Source of the DNA: Octopus sinensis
Taxonomy: Eukaryota
DNA: 64,000 bases
Direction of reading: 5' to 3'
Assembly (NCBI RefSeq): GCF_006345805.1
Contig: NC_043005.1
Span: 34,100,001-34,164,000, forward strand
In this document: positions 12,175 through 27,063 of the stretch, piece after piece
Numbering within the stretch: position 1 is the first letter of the stretch
How the letters are laid out: every line of letters begins with the position of its first letter
Made by a program: the position numbers and the translations under genes
Notes under the pieces: model-generated
Databases searched by the model: none
What the model was told of the DNA's origin: nothing
The model's input: the letters and a program-made list of their open reading frames with translations, nothing else

Positions 12175-14465
12175 TGCAAGATTCTGTAATAAACCAAGGG
12201 AGACTTTAGACCACCCTCTTAAAAGCAGCTTACTTAGGTCAGGTGGGGCACAATGAGTAAGATTTACTACACTTTTGACTTTGAGGAGAAATACATTTTT
12301 TACAAATGTTCACAACCTTACAAGAACTATATCAGCGAAGCAAATGATCTTCTCCAAATGTATTAAAAACACTGTAACATATTGAGAACATTATTTCAGA
12401 AAATTATCTCCGTTCTCTTTGAGAATATAAAAGACAAATTTAGCTGGGGTATAATGAGTAAGCCAAGATAGTTAAATTTGCTCCTTCATTTCTCCAGAAT
12501 TACATTCCGGAAAATACTCATGCACATCAATATTTATCCTTAGACTTCAAAAAGATTAGAGATGCAGCAAAATTTTTAAATATCTAGGATCATGGAAAAA
12601 TGGCACATGATATGAAATTCACCAAACTTGGCTACATGTAAAATGTCAACATATAGATTCTTCATGATTTGCTGGAGTGGCTCCCTTTCTGATATATTTA
12701 TGCACCATGCAGTTAAAATGAAGAAATTAAAATTAGCTGTTACTTGTTTTGCCCCAGTTTAGACATCATGTTTTGAAAATTGAAAATTATCAAGGTAGAC
12801 ATTAGTGCAGGGAAAAAATTTACTTAGAATACAATAGAGAAAAGAATATTGATTGTTAAACACCAAAAACTATCCAGATATTTTATTAGCAATCTTAATT
12901 GGAATCAAGTTGAAGTCAAGGGAAAATTTCTTGAAAAAAAAAAAAAAAAGGCATCTGTCACCTGACTATGTTTCAAACTCTCTTAACTTCAACAACAACA
13001 ACTATGCTGGCCAATTTTTACTCCCAAAGATGATGCAATACTTGCAATGTAATGGCTTGAAACAGGTAGGGAGAAAATATCATGAAATTGGAAATTTCTC
13101 ATTTTACTTCAGTTACTAACTTTGCTCAACACTCCATTTACACAAGTTCACCAGTACTTCGTTGATCTGTTCCCAAATACATTCATTATTTCTAACCTTT
13201 CAGACAGGGACGTGTTTAACAACTAACCAAACTTGATACAAAGTTAAAAATCTTGCTAATTGCTGCTTTTCCTCACAATACTGTCCTCTACCATTTATAA
13301 AACATTGAGTGATCAATAACTATGATATTGATCCTCATTACATTTATTTTGACTACTTAATGTATAAAACAACAATGTACCCTGACCTCACCCACCACAC
13401 TTATAAAACAAATTCAACTGAAGGATTCATTGGACTGGGTACCCTTTGTGCTATTGCAGTGACTACTCAGTTATGCTAACACATAATTCCATTTTCCACC
13501 ATCTAAAGTGTTTACTGAAACTATTCCTTGATGCTATATGGTAACAATTATATTCTGCTCTTCATAAATGGAATAGAGTCAAAATGAAAATATAAGCGTA
13601 TAAATAATATAAAATAACCAAAAAAATACTAAAAAGGAAAGATATAATAGAAATAAAAATACATTGTTGCTGTTGTTATTGTTGTGTACTTGTAAAGGTC
13701 AGCTGTTGTACAACATGGCAGAGCTGTTAATGACATTTTGATAAGACAATGATAGGAAAAGGTGGTCGTCAGTCACTTGTGAACAGTAGATATTAAATTA
13801 ATAAAAACAAAAGGAAACATGGGAGATAAAGATACAAAAGTTGTTGATATATAAACCAGAAAGCTACAAAATAATGCCTTATCTATCTATAAGTATTGAT
13901 AGTACAATGATTGGCAGTAAAAGAAAATGGGAAAACCGTGCAGAGTTCTATGCAAAGTTGTCATCATTTTTGAGAAATTTTCATCAAGGATGAAATCAAA
14001 TCAGTCTGAGGATAAAAAAGGTGTTAGTTACAGAAGAAATGAATTAAGTTTTTCTGTCTTTAGTGACATGTTATATAGATTGATATCATTAGAAAACCTT
14101 ATCAGTGGCAGCCGGTGATACAGAGTACTGATGTTTTATTTAATACTGTGTCATTCTAAATATCCAGCAGAATGTTAGATTAAAAAGAAATTATTACACT
14201 GGGGTTGATGTCATCAACTAGTCCCCTCCCTCAAAATTTCAGGCTTTGTACCTTTAGTAGAGAATTATTATTGTTATTATCAGCATTAAGGCAGCAAGCT
14301 GGCAAAATGATTAGCAGCATTTCGTCTGTCCTTACATTCTGTATTCAAACCCTGCCGAGGTTGACTTTGGCTGTCATCCATTTGGGGTTAATGAAAAAAG
14401 TACTAATTATGCACTAGTTGAAATCTCCCATGAAATCTCAGGCCTTATGCCTATAGTAGAAAGGA

Positions 14466-14600
<135 letters not shown>

Positions 14601-14774
14601 GTAGTAGTAGTAGTACTACTACTATTATCATTATTATTATTAATATTAAGGCAGCAAGCTGGCAGAATCGTTAGCATGCCAGGTGAAATGTTTAACAACA
14701 CCTTGTCCATCTATATGTTCTGGGTTCAAATTCTACTAAGTATATATATATACATATGTACGTGTATGCGTGTG

Positions 14775-14808
<34 letters not shown>

Positions 14809-14819
14809 AGTGTGTGTGT

Positions 14820-15065
14820 GTGTCTGTCTGTCTGTGTATCTATGTGTGCATCACTAAAACTTGAGAACTACCAAACCGATTTCATTCAAATTTTACACAT
14901 GCATTACTTAGGGCCTATGCAGTGTCATAGGCCAAAAAAATTCTCAACTTCTTGCCTACTGTGAGCCCGGAGCAATCTCTTACACTATTTCAGTATTATG
15001 TGTCAAAAGTGAAACAATAACATGTCTATTGTAATGTGAGATAATACTTTCAGTTTAATACTGAA
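14820..15065 (+). mobile_element. DINE-1/Helentron-like non-autonomous element fragment
   Basis: (GTCT)n followed by ttgagaactaccaaaccgatttcattcaaattttacaca, resembling the HINE/DINE-1 5' signature; a matching 3'-type end (gggcaacaccggggtgcattgctagt) lies at about 45893-45921. Confidence 0.5.
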
Positions 15066-15322
15066 ACTATCATCTCACATATATACATGCATAGACACAC
15101 ACACACACACACATATGTATATACATATATATATATTTTACATCTGCACATATATATGAATGTATATATATATGTATAAGTATAGATGTATATGTATACA
15201 TTTATATGTATATATGTATATATACATATATATTTATATATATATATATACACACATATATATATATAGATTTATATGTATATATATATGTATATATGTA
15301 TGTATATATGTATGTATGTATG

Positions 15323-15358
<36 letters not shown>

Positions 15359-15391
15359 ATATACACACATATATATATATAGATTTATATG

Positions 15392-15423
<32 letters not shown>

Positions 15424-15437
15424 TATATGTATGTATG

Positions 15438-15499
<62 letters not shown>

Positions 15500-15509
15500 T
15501 ATATATATG

Positions 15510-16730
15510 TATATCATCATTATCATCATCGTTTAACGTCCGTTTTCCATGCTAGCATGGGTTGGACAGTTCGACCGGGATCTGGGAAGCCAGGAGGCTG
15601 CGCCAGGCTCTAGTCTGATCTGGCAGTGTTTCTACAGCTTCATGCCCTTCATAACATCAACCACTCCGTGAGTGTAGTGGGTATTTTTTACGTGCCACTG
15701 GCACGGGGGCCGGAGGAGGCTGGCAAACGGCCACACTCGGTTGGTGCTTTTACTTGTCACTGACACGGATGCCTGTCAGGCGGCGCTGGCATCTGTCACG
15801 TTCAGACAGTGCTTTTTATGTGTCACCGGCATGGGTATTTTAACTACAATTTCCATTTGATTTTTATTTTGATGTTAGTGTTGACATACTTGACTCAATA
15901 GGTCTCCTCAAGAACAGTGGGTCACTCTACGATCCAAGGTTAGCACAGCAGGCCATCCTGCGAGCCATGAACTCACTTCATTTGTTGGGTCTTCACTGTC
16001 ACAGCATATCTCAGAGGTCTCGTTCTTCGTCATTTCCTCTGTGAGGCCCTACGTGCCACTGGCATGGGTATCACAACTACAACATCCATACGATTTTTAT
16101 TTTGATGTTGATGAACTTGACACAATAGGTCTCCTCAAGCGCAGCAGGCCTTCCTGCAAGCCATGAACTCACTTAATTTGTCAGGTCTTCGAAGTCACCG
16201 CATATCTCCAGAGGTCTCGGTCTTTCGTCATTGCCTCTGTGAGGCTCAACGTACAAAGGTCATGCTTGATCACCTCGTCCCATGTCTTCCTGGGTCTATC
16301 TCTACCCCAGATTCCTTCAACAGCTTGGGAGTGGTACTTCTTCACACATCTCTCCTCATCCATCCGTAGTACATGACCATACCAATGCAAACGTCTCTCC
16401 TGCATGCCACATCCAATGCTTCTTATGTCCAACATTTCTCTCAGGGCGCTTACCCTCTGTCATGCATAGACACAGACATTACTCATCTAGTGGATCATGC
16501 TAGCTTCATTTCTTTTGAGCCTACGCATGTCCTTCGTAGTCACAGCCCATGTGTTTCACTGCCGTGTGAAGCATGGCAGTTTGCAAACATGCATCGTACA
16601 ATCTTCTTTTCACTCTGAGCGAGAGACCCTTTGTCGCCAGTAGGGGAAGAAGCTTCCTAAACTTTGCCGAGGCTATTCTTATTCTAGTGGTAACATTCTC
16701 TGAGCATCCACCCCTACTACTATCTTGGTC
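15510..16730 (-). mobile_element. RTE-clade LINE, 3' part of ORF plus 3' UTR
   Basis: ORF 16181..16435 reads ERRLHWYGHVLRMDEERCVKK...GRDRPRKTWDEVIKHDL...DRDLWRYAV (RTE C-terminus); continues into the 3' UTR with a (GAT)n tail at about 15510. Confidence 0.9.
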
Positions 16731-17389
16731 ATTTAGGTAGCAGATGTGTGTGTATATATATATATGTATATATATGTATGAATATATGTATGCATGTATA
16801 TATGTGTATATATATATAGGTACATATATATGTATGTATATGTATGTATATATACAGATGTATATGTATAGATGTATATACAGAGATTTATAAGTATATA
16901 TATATTATATCTTTTTAATTGTCTTGCTTGCTTAACGTTCTGGCATTTGCTGAATTTTCTTGAGAACAACTTTTCTCAGTGGTCAGACCATATGGGGTCT
17001 ACATTTAGCATATTTAAAATGTACCGAACAACCGGGTAGATTTTAAAAAACGTTTAAACAATCATTTTTCCTCTTTTAGGCTCAGACATAAGGCAGGTTG
17101 CACAACATCATCTAGTAAAATTTGGGAACTAAAAGCAAATAATATAGAATTCAACATAAAATGGGATATAGTTAGAAGAGCGCAACCTTATAGAAATAGT
17201 AGGGATGGTTGTCAACTTTGTTGTATGGAAACTTATGAAATTTTGAAACATCAGAGTAATACAAATCTGTTGAACAACCGTTTGGAGCTGTGAGTATCTT
17301 GTATACATCGTACGACCCGAACGTTTAAATACTTTAAATAATAATTTTGTGAATATTCCTATATTTTTCAAATTTTAATTCTTTATAAC

Positions 17390-18560
17390 CAAATAAGAAG
17401 GAATATACCATACTAGCTTTCAATTTAACATTTATAGATGACTAAAATAACTTCACTGCAAACTTAAAATTGAATTCTTTTTTCTAAAATTAAACTGTAT
17501 GAATCTAAATAGTTGGAATCCTAAATAGTATGAATCCCAAATAGTAGGAATAATAAATAGTATGAATCCTATGTTCCTAAAGAAACTATTCAGTTCACCT
17601 TGACTATCTCACTTCCATTTCTTAATATATAATTAGTCTAAGATATCTTTACAAAATATATTTAACCAAATAGAAACGAATATACCATACTGGTTTTAGG
17701 TTAATACCCATAAATGATTAAATAACCTCATTGCAAACTTAGAATTAAATTCTTTTTTTTTTATTATGTTCTCCAATACTAAGTAGTATTAATCCTATGT
17801 CCCTAGGGAAACTATTTGGTTCATCTTGATTATCTCACTCCCATTTCTTAATATATAATTAACCTAAGATATTTTTACCTAACTAATTAACTTTTATCCG
17901 CAGGTAGTAAATTTTATTTCCAATAGATCCTATATTTTAATTCATTAATATCAACTCACTATCAATGAAATTTGAATAATTTACCTCTCTTCATATTATA
18001 AAATATATCGCCTTCTACTAATTCTATGAATATCTTCCTTCTTTGATTTTCCCTCTTCCATCTCTCTTAGTATATATTTTGACCCCTAATATGTTCACTT
18101 GATTAATAAGGCTTTTCCCCTCAGTTAATAAGTACTAGGCTTACTCATAATAAGTGATAGTCTCTTTCTCCAAATTTGAATAAATTTTAGATTTATATTT
18201 TTTCCTTTATTCTAACGTGTCAAAGTACTTGGAACTTATAGACCAACTGTTGTGATGATGTGCATAGGGCTTGTAAGGTCTCTGCATTCTCTGTGAATGT
18301 TATTGTAACCATTTGACATTGATCTAGTTCTCCTAACACCAAATCTGTTCATCAAATAGTAGTAATTGGCATTTAGTTGTGACAATGCTGTCTTCTACAT
18401 AAATTCCTTATATGGAGCTATGACATCCCCTTTACCCCATTTCCATAATCAGAAAATCTTTATTGTCTCCTTTCATTTGATCTTCCCTCTCAGAACCTTA
18501 CAGTAGTCTGGAACAACTGAATCTTAGTCAGTCAGTTGATGGGCTCCAATACCTCGAATG
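17390..18560 (-). mobile_element. highly degenerate non-LTR RT relic with internal tandem duplication
   Basis: Scattered minus-strand motifs GKGDVIAP (QGD-like), VTITFTENAETLQAL (post-YADD-like) and KYLR (KYLG-like); many stops. Confidence 0.4.
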
Positions 18561-18775
18561 TTCTTGAAATTTAAATCCACATCTTTATCTATGTATCTAC
18601 CTTCTCTATAATGTTGCCACTTGATATGAACATTTTTGTATTAATGGAAAACCTCTATAACTGGCTGATGAGTGCTCAGCATTTTAAAACTGTTGTAATA
18701 CTTACAACATTTAATAAAATGATGTAGTACAAAACGATCGTACCAAATTACCGGAGTCATTCTTGTTGCTTATTT

Positions 18776-18790
<15 letters not shown>
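18560..18790 (+). mobile_element. Penelope-like terminal-repeat stub ending in AATAAA and (TA)n
   Basis: Homologous, in inverted orientation, to 21090-21400; contains ctgatgagtgctcagcatttt-aaaac (decayed HHR-like core). Confidence 0.45.
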
Positions 18791-18814
<24 letters not shown>

Positions 18815-20473
18815 TATCCTGAAAATAGGCGAGAGCTGGGTACGCTCACTATAGAAAATACATGGTAGTTCTCAGAAGGATTTTAACTGAAACTCCAAAT
18901 TTTTCATCAAAAGTAAGGCCCACACCGTCAAGAGCAGCTGTAAGAGAGATCCAAACCAACCTGGTATGGAGATAGCAATGGAGATAGCAATGGAGATAGG
19001 CTTGATATAAATATATTTACATGGAACACTAAATATAAAGAATAAAAGTACAGAATGAAATATGAAAAAATATGTAATTTCTTAACTCAACAGCTGTTTT
19101 AGGAAGTTCAGGGTTTCATAATCATAATAACCATAAATTGCAAATGAAATGTACAGAACGTTGTGGGTATGTAACTAGTAATCAGTCACATGAAGATATA
19201 ACAATAAATCCAACTCCCCTCATCAAAAGAAGATTGGCAAATGTGCTTCTTATAGTAGTGATAGCGATGGGTAAAGGGAGAGAGGAAGCAGAATGAGATT
19301 AAGGGTGAGGAAGGGGAGGAAGGATAACTTCTAGAACATAAGAAAGGAAAAAGGATAGAATAGAAGAAACAAAGAGAAGAAAGAAGGGAAGAAGATAGAG
19401 TTAAACTCATCCTAGTGAAAGGGGATGTCACAAGTGGTAAGGATACTGTTAAGCAGATCATAAATCAGTTAGGAATGTCAGCTGACCAGACAAAGAGGCA
19501 GGAAGAGATAAGTTTTGAGGTAAAGGAGTAGGGGTGGGGGTATCAGAAAAGAAAAGTATGTTGAGAGAAAGAGAGTATGATACAAGGAGAGGTGAAATTG
19601 GTACTTATTTGAATAAAAAGTGAAGAGTCCTCGTAACTTAGCAGTTCAGCAAAGAGACTGATAGAATAAGTACTAGGCTTGCAAAGAATAAGTCCTGGGA
19701 GCGATTTGGTTGACTAAAGGCTGTGCTTCAGCATGGCCACAGTCAAATGACTGAAACAAGTAAAAGAGTAAGAGAGATCCAGTCACAATTAGCAGGCGTT
19801 ATAAAGACTTTATAATGAACAAATGTGGAATAAAACATATGTTTACATGAGAATATTACACCAGAGTCCCTACTGACTAATGAAGTATTATAATGGTATA
19901 GAACTATGGGTGGTTCCCTGCAACATAAATTACAAGTGAAATAGTTAGCATTGTATGGGATACCCTCATGAACTATGAAGCAGGACAAGGTATTGAGAAT
20001 GTCCTGGGATTTGAAGTGGTGTATGTATGTAGCTAAGAAAGTTTAAAGGTTCCATTTGAAAAAGAACTCAGGTAAGCCTGGTAGCTATGCTTGAAATCAA
20101 AAGTGCCACCAATGTAGATCTTAGCCTGATGGGAATGTGGGGTTATGACTCGACATTTATATACCAAATTATAGCATAAGCAAAATCCACCTAACAGGCA
20201 TTGACAGACTGCTTTTGATTTTGTGCCTGTTCAGTCAGGTCTAACTTGATGGTTAAGCAATAACAAGGACAAAAGCATCTCCATCAAATCAACTATGGTT
20301 TTGTCATACACAAATCTGACTAAAATATAAAAGATGGTTAATAAGTGATATGGTTTTTATACTTCAGTCAATGGCGCATTATTGACTTTTATTAATATCC
20401 AGAATAGGTGAATTGAAATTGTCATTTGTACAAAACTATTTTGACATCTTTAATCTGAATTGATGTGGCTATC

Positions 20474-20505
<32 letters not shown>

Positions 20506-21071
20506 TTTTCCAATTTATCTTTTGTGAGTTCATCTTTCAACAATAATGTGTTAGCTAATATTAATGAAAATGTCCTGACATTTAAAACAGAAAATCTATA
20601 GACTTTTATATACATATATCATCATCATCATCATTGTTGTTGTTGTTGTCATTGTTGTCATTATCATAATTGTCATCATCATCTTCATGAATATTATCAT
20701 CATCATCAATTTTGTTGTTGTCGACATCGTCATCATCATCATCATTTCCTTCTTTATGTCCACCTTTCTATATCTGGTTAAAGGTGACGGGTCTTCTCCA
20801 GTCCTGCATTGTGCCGCTTTTTTTCTTTTGGCACTATTGTGAGTCACATCATCCCAAGATCACAATTCACCACTTCTGTCTATGATTTTCTTCTACTTAT
20901 TTGAAAGCCTCTGTCTGCTTCGAAAAGTGACAGAATGGGTTGTGTGGAGTGAGTGTACCTCACAGAGTGAGTCACTTTCTTTACATATGTTCACTGGAGT
21001 TGAAGAACATACAATATTAAGGAAGTGGCTGTCCAATTTGGTGGCCACACAGGGTAGCCAAAAACTTTATG

Positions 21072-21089
<18 letters not shown>

Positions 21090-21102
<13 letters not shown>

Positions 21103-21400
21103 ATCAAAAAATAAGCAACAAGAATGAATCCGATAATTTCGTATAATTGTTTCATACTACAACATTTTATTAAAAGCTGTAAATATTACAGCAGATTTAA
21201 GATGCTGAGTAATCTTCAGCTAATTTATATAGGTTTTCCAATAATATAAAAGTTTTCAAATCAATTAATGACATCTTAGGGAAGGTAAATATACAGATAA
21301 AGATGTAGATATGAAACTTAGGAAAATGAGGTCGTGTGGTTCAGATGCTAACTGACCAAAAGTTTGTTTATAACTGACTGCTGTAAGAAAATTTCTTTAG
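21090..21400 (-). mobile_element. second, inverted copy of the 18560-18790 stub
   Basis: aaaataagcaacaagaatgaatccgataatttcgta...aggttttccaataatataaaagttttcaaatc...gataaagatgtagat aligns with the reverse complement of 18560-18790; flanked by (TA)n. Confidence 0.6.
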
Positions 21401-21413
21401 TTATAACTGACTG

Positions 21414-21454
<41 letters not shown>

Positions 21455-22823
21455 CACGTATGTATATGTGTGAATATACATTTGTGTGTATGTGTCTCAT
21501 TTTCTCTATGTATGTATGAGGATATATATGTATGTATGTTTATTTTATTTATTTATTAATACTCAGTGGCTGTTTATTTATTTCTATTATATTCTATTGT
21601 CTGCATTTCATATGTTGTATTGATCGTTTGTGTATGATATTTGTATATATATTTGATATTGTAACATTTCATATTGTACTACCATGACATTCACCACCAC
21701 CACCACCATTCCAAAAGCCATTATTATAGCTACCTTGTTATCTTCAGTTGTCATATTTAGAATAAACAAAGGAGTTGTTTTGTGGAGAAAGAAATATCTT
21801 TCCTATCACATGGCTCTGGTTCAGTTCCACTGCATGACACCTTGGGTAAGTGTCTTTTACTATAGCTAAAATCTTATGAGTGGATTTGGTAGACAGAAAC
21901 TGAAAGAAGCCTGTTGTGTGTGTGTGTCTTTGTGTCTGCATTCGTTCTCCACCAGCACTTGACAACTAGTTGATGTGTTTATATCCCTGTAACTTAGCAG
22001 TTTAGCAAAAGAGACCAATAGAATAAGTGCTGAGCTTAAAAAAAAGAAAAAAATCTAAGTACTGAATCGGTTCATTTGACTAAAAATTCTTTAAGTTGGT
22101 GCCCCAGCATGACCACAGTCTAATGACTGAAACAAGTAAAAGATAAAAGATATGGCTTAGAATTCTTGGGCTGGGTTAAAAATGAAGTCAAAAATGGTTT
22201 TCTTGGTATATTGTTTCCTTACTGAAATCTATAAGGACCCACTCATCCATCCTTGATTGTCAGTCCCTATTCTCTCTTTATCTGCCATCTAGTACCTTGA
22301 GAGTAAATCCTGATATCTCATATCCACCATTCTTTTTCCATTTCCAGCTGGAGTAGTCATATGTATCCACTACAATAAGACACCTGTGCCCATCCCTCTC
22401 AACACCTGACATAAAGCTACCTGTTTCAATATTGCACTCCCACTTCGTGAAGGGTTCTTGCCTTGCAAGTTACTTGGTGACTTCAGTTCTGCTGGTGCAA
22501 CATAAAAAGCACTCAGCGCACTTCAGTGTTGGTGGTCTCATGTGGGTTGGTGTTAACAGGGTTGAATGGGTTTTTTTACTGTAGATCCTTGTCTCTTCAA
22601 GAAGACCTGCATAATAAAGAAACTAGTAGCAACAGCAGCAGCAGCAGTAGTAGTAGTACCTGCCCCACCACCATCAGCACTACTACCATCACAAGAATCT
22701 GCATTTCCTACAGCAGCACTCCTCCACTACCTACCCCCACACCCACCAGCATTAATCTCATAACCAGTAATAACAGTAAAACCACTGCTATCACATACAT
22801 ACATACATACATACATACATACA

Positions 22824-22893
<70 letters not shown>

Positions 22894-22965
22894 CAAAATA
22901 ACATATATCAGAAAAAGAAGCACACTTTAAAGAATAGAGCAGTAAGCATTAACTTTAACTTTATG

Positions 22966-23029
<64 letters not shown>

Positions 23030-23853
23030 GTATGTATATGTATAAATATACATATGTATATTCCCCACTCCTGTCCCTGCCTCCCCATACACCACCATCA
23101 TCATCATCATCTCCCCCACTATCATCATTGATAGCAGAAACATCATTGCTAATTATTGTTATTGGTAGAACCATTTAAGTAACAAACCAAATGTCTTGTG
23201 GTGTTTGTTTTGGATTTTTTACATTTTGAGTTCAAATTCCATCTAAGTCAACTTTGCATTTCATCATTATGGGGTCAATGAAATAAAGTATCAGTCAAGT
23301 GCTGGGGTCGATGGTATCAACTTACTCCTCCCTTCAAAACTGTTGGTCTTGTACCAAAATCAGAAATCACCATCATCATTATTATCATCACAGATCTATT
23401 GTGCATTCTGTTGTGTGTGTAATGTGAGTTTGTTATTTTATTGGGTTTTAACCTTGTATATTATATGTCATGCAAGTTGTGTCATTCTAGATTATTAAGT
23501 GATGTTTGTTATATAAGGTGTTTCTACTGTGCGTGAAGATTGTTCTATTTGAGCTACACCAGTGAGTCGAGAGATATACTATTGAATTGATAGTGTCTTG
23601 TGTAAGATGCAGTCTGTTCTTAGCAGTGCTATTTTTGGGCAGTGTATAGTTGCAAGTCCTGGTATGGCTTCTATGTTTGTTTTCATATTTTTTAATCATG
23701 CTTAATGCTCCAACTACTAGTTAACATCCTCATGCCACACATCTTGAATATTTTAGTCTCAACATACTTTGATAGTTTATCCACTTCCTTTTAGACACTG
23801 TTTTCATCAGAAGGGATTGTAATGTGCATTAGTGTGTATTATTGTTATCATCA

Positions 23854-23898
<45 letters not shown>

Positions 23899-24077
23899 AT
23901 CTGTTTTTATGTTTTGAGCTCAGATTCCACCATGGTCAAATTTGCTTTTCATCCCTTCAGGATCAATAAAATAAGTATCAGTTAAACACTGGGGTCATTA
24001 TAATTGACTTGCATCCTCACCCAAACTTCCTGGATTTATGCCAAAATTTGAAACCATTATTACTATTATTAATATTA

Positions 24078-24640
24078 TTGAGTGAGAGAGCAGTGCATGC
24101 CATCAAAGTAACACTGGGGTACAATTATATGAAGCCCAATCTGATAAGGGTACACCTGTCTGATAAGGGTACACCAGGCACATGCAGCACAACCACATGT
24201 GCATGACATGGTGATCTTATATCAAGATAAACAGTGCATGACCTTGCAGGTAGGGCCCAGTTAGAATTTTTGTCTGGTTGAGTAGCCATCCTACTCAGAA
24301 GGTCCCTGAATAAGGTTTGTTTAAGGATGATGAACGAAACACCCATGTTTCCAGAGGGGAATTATCCAAACCTCAAAGAATCCCTCTCAACACATGGCTA
24401 CGATGCTGCCCCACTACTTCTGCTCGTGATCAGAGATACCCATATCGTCAGCCACTAAGGGACATGCTCAACTGGATAAGGTCAAACAACTGACAAGCAA
24501 ATCTGTGGTATTGAGCAGAATATTTGCTGTAGCCTATTTTTTATACCAAGACAAAACAATGTACATGATAACACTTCCAATCCATTAAGATCAGAAGCTA
24601 TGAGAACCACTGCCTAGTATTGCATCAGGGCATTTATTAT
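24078..24640. mobile_element. interspersed repeat, family unassigned
   Basis: GC-richer block (gtgagagagcagtgcatgccatc...gcatcagggcattt); a partial second copy lies at about 49060-49230. Confidence 0.6.
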
Positions 24641-24810
24641 TATTATTATTGTTGTTGTTGTTGTTGTTGTAGTCATTATTAACATTTTATTTTTAGTTAT
24701 TGAGGCAATAAGATGTGTTCTTATGAGTATTGGAAATTTTGGATTTTAACTGGTGTGAATGAAATATCTCTTCAAAATTTTGGACGTTTATGAGTAAAAG
24801 ACTGTCCAAC

Positions 24811-24880
<70 letters not shown>

Positions 24881-25049
24881 ATGTGTTTGGTGTGTATAGC
24901 TGTCATTTTTTGGAGCAGACCTTAATTATTTACTTAACCAGACCTTCTACTGGTAACATTCCAGTATTTATGATTATACCAGATATACACCTTCAGTGTA
25001 TTTACTATTGCAAATGCATTAATTAAACTATCAGAACTTACAGCATTTA

Positions 25050-26020
25050 GTATATCTTTTACAATAGTTAATATTATCAAGTTACTAAGTCGTTCTTGAT
25101 TTATTGCAGCTTTCCTGCATGTTAGAATTAATTCAGCTTGCTGAAGAACTCTTTCACAACTGGTTACAAAAACCCTAAAATCTGCATTGCAGATTTTAAA
25201 TTTGGTAAAACATTTTTATTGCATGAAATAATAAATGTCAGCAAATCAATTACATTGTTTGATTGAAGAAAATTGGTTCATGTTCTTCTACTTATTTACA
25301 GTCTACAGATTTTTGTCTGTCTGTACACTTTTGGTCCAGTTATATCACTTAGTCAGTTTTTTACTAACTTAAAACATTTTTCATCATCAAAATTTCCTGA
25401 AACATTGTTTTTCACATCTGGTAAAAATCCAAACTGTGAACCTAAATCTCATGAGAAAATCTTTCAGCTATTTTTGTAATCAGGTGATCAATAATATCCT
25501 TCATGATGTGACAAGTTTCCTGTTCAGCAGTCAATCCACCATCAGCTATATTTTTACTATCAGCTATATTTTTACTTTGCATTCATTTACAATGTATTTT
25601 TCTATTTTCATTAGTCAATCCCCATGTTTCACATTGATTCTTAGCCATTTTCAGTGCTTCTTGACAGAACTATGCATATGATTTTATCAATTTGGCTTTC
25701 AGACAGTCAAGATCAGGAATTGCTTCTCTAAAATTCATTTTTGGATCCTGAAGATGTTTCTGCAATTGATTGAGAAATGATAAAAGATTTCTCCAAAGAT
25801 ACCAACTTCTGTGTAAGAATATTTTACAGAATATTATCTGCACTACATCTTGTTTCAATCATGTTTCGTTCTCAAAGTCCTCATAGTCATCCCATTTTCT
25901 AAAATTCTTTTGTGTACACTTACTACCACTCCACTTGTATTTTGATGTCACATTTGACAGAAATTGTAAGTTCTGGCCACAATTTGTCTCCCCAAATTGT
26001 TGAGTGAACAGAGACATAAT
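25050..26020 (-). mobile_element. hAT-like transposase relic
   Basis: Minus-strand pieces LNQLQKHLQDPKMNFREAIPDL and GLTAEQETCHIMKDIIDHLITKIAERF resemble the hAT C-terminal half; multiple stops. Confidence 0.6.
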
Positions 26021-26982
26021 TATAAATGGCTTCAATTATATGAAAAAAAAAAAAAAAAAAATGGTAATGACTGTGGTTTCTGATTATCACAGGTTATACA
26101 CACTGGTTTTGAATTTTTGTTGAGAATTCTTTGTTGATAACCTGACATGCCACTCACATCACCATAACTCTGTCAACAACAACATCAACAACAGCAGCAG
26201 CAACAACAACAACAACAACAATTCATTAAAATTCTAAACACCATCTCCTTATTATCGTTGCCATCATTATTGTTGTTATCGTTGTCATCATCATCATCAT
26301 CATTCTCCTCCTCATCACCATCATTACTTTCATTTAATGTCTATATTCCATGCCTTCATAGGTGGACAGTTTGATAGGGTCCAACAAGTTCAAAGACTGC
26401 ATCATGTACTTTGGTAGGGTTTCTCTGGAATCTTCAACTTCCACTTTTCATTTCTTAAAATTCATGTTGACAAACTGAATTATTTAGACCAGTTGATAGA
26501 TGACAGACTAAATCAAGTACCAAACCAAATACTGTATGAATCTGTTTCTCTGAACAACTGAGGAACAAGAATTTCACATGTGAAGCCATGGTTTCTGGAG
26601 AAAGAATTCAATGGTAACACTGGCTTGATTTTTCACACATTCTTTAATTAATGGTCTCTTATCACTGAATTATACTTTGTTAATAATTGAAAACATGATG
26701 GAGAATTTCTAAGGTTTTCATGTGAAGTTCAGCCATCAATATGACTATGGAATGGAAGAGTGAGAGATGCTAAATATGTGTAGAATTCAGCAAATATCAC
26801 CGCAAATCTCTCCATTTTTATTTTTCATGTATTTGCTTTTGTAGATCATCCTCAATGTCTCCTTGAACACAAACTTGAACTTAGTTTCTTTCTAAGAAAC
26901 AAATAACTCAAGAAACAAATAACTCATGATGGTTGTCATTATTTTGATGGGCCACTAACTTTTCAATGTTTTTCTTCTTCAG

Positions 26983-27063
26983 AGAAACCACATCCTATGT
27001 TTTGAAAGTAGATCAGCTATCAGATATCAGTCATGTTGCTGGAAAAAGAAGACAGTATAAGCA
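26983..27063 (+). CDS. candidate internal exon of an unknown gene
   Basis: Branch-like CACTAAC (26953-59), pyrimidine tract, AG, then an open 81-nt phase 2-2 frame ETTSYVLKVDQLSDISHVAGKRRQYK and donor GTATGT (alternative donor at 27087). No recognisable homology. Confidence 0.3.

Noticed and set aside
25137-25205. CTGAAGA followed by a palindromic aaaatctgca-t-tgcagatttt hairpin
   Set aside because: No GAAA, helix II or helix I pairing; lies within the hAT relic.
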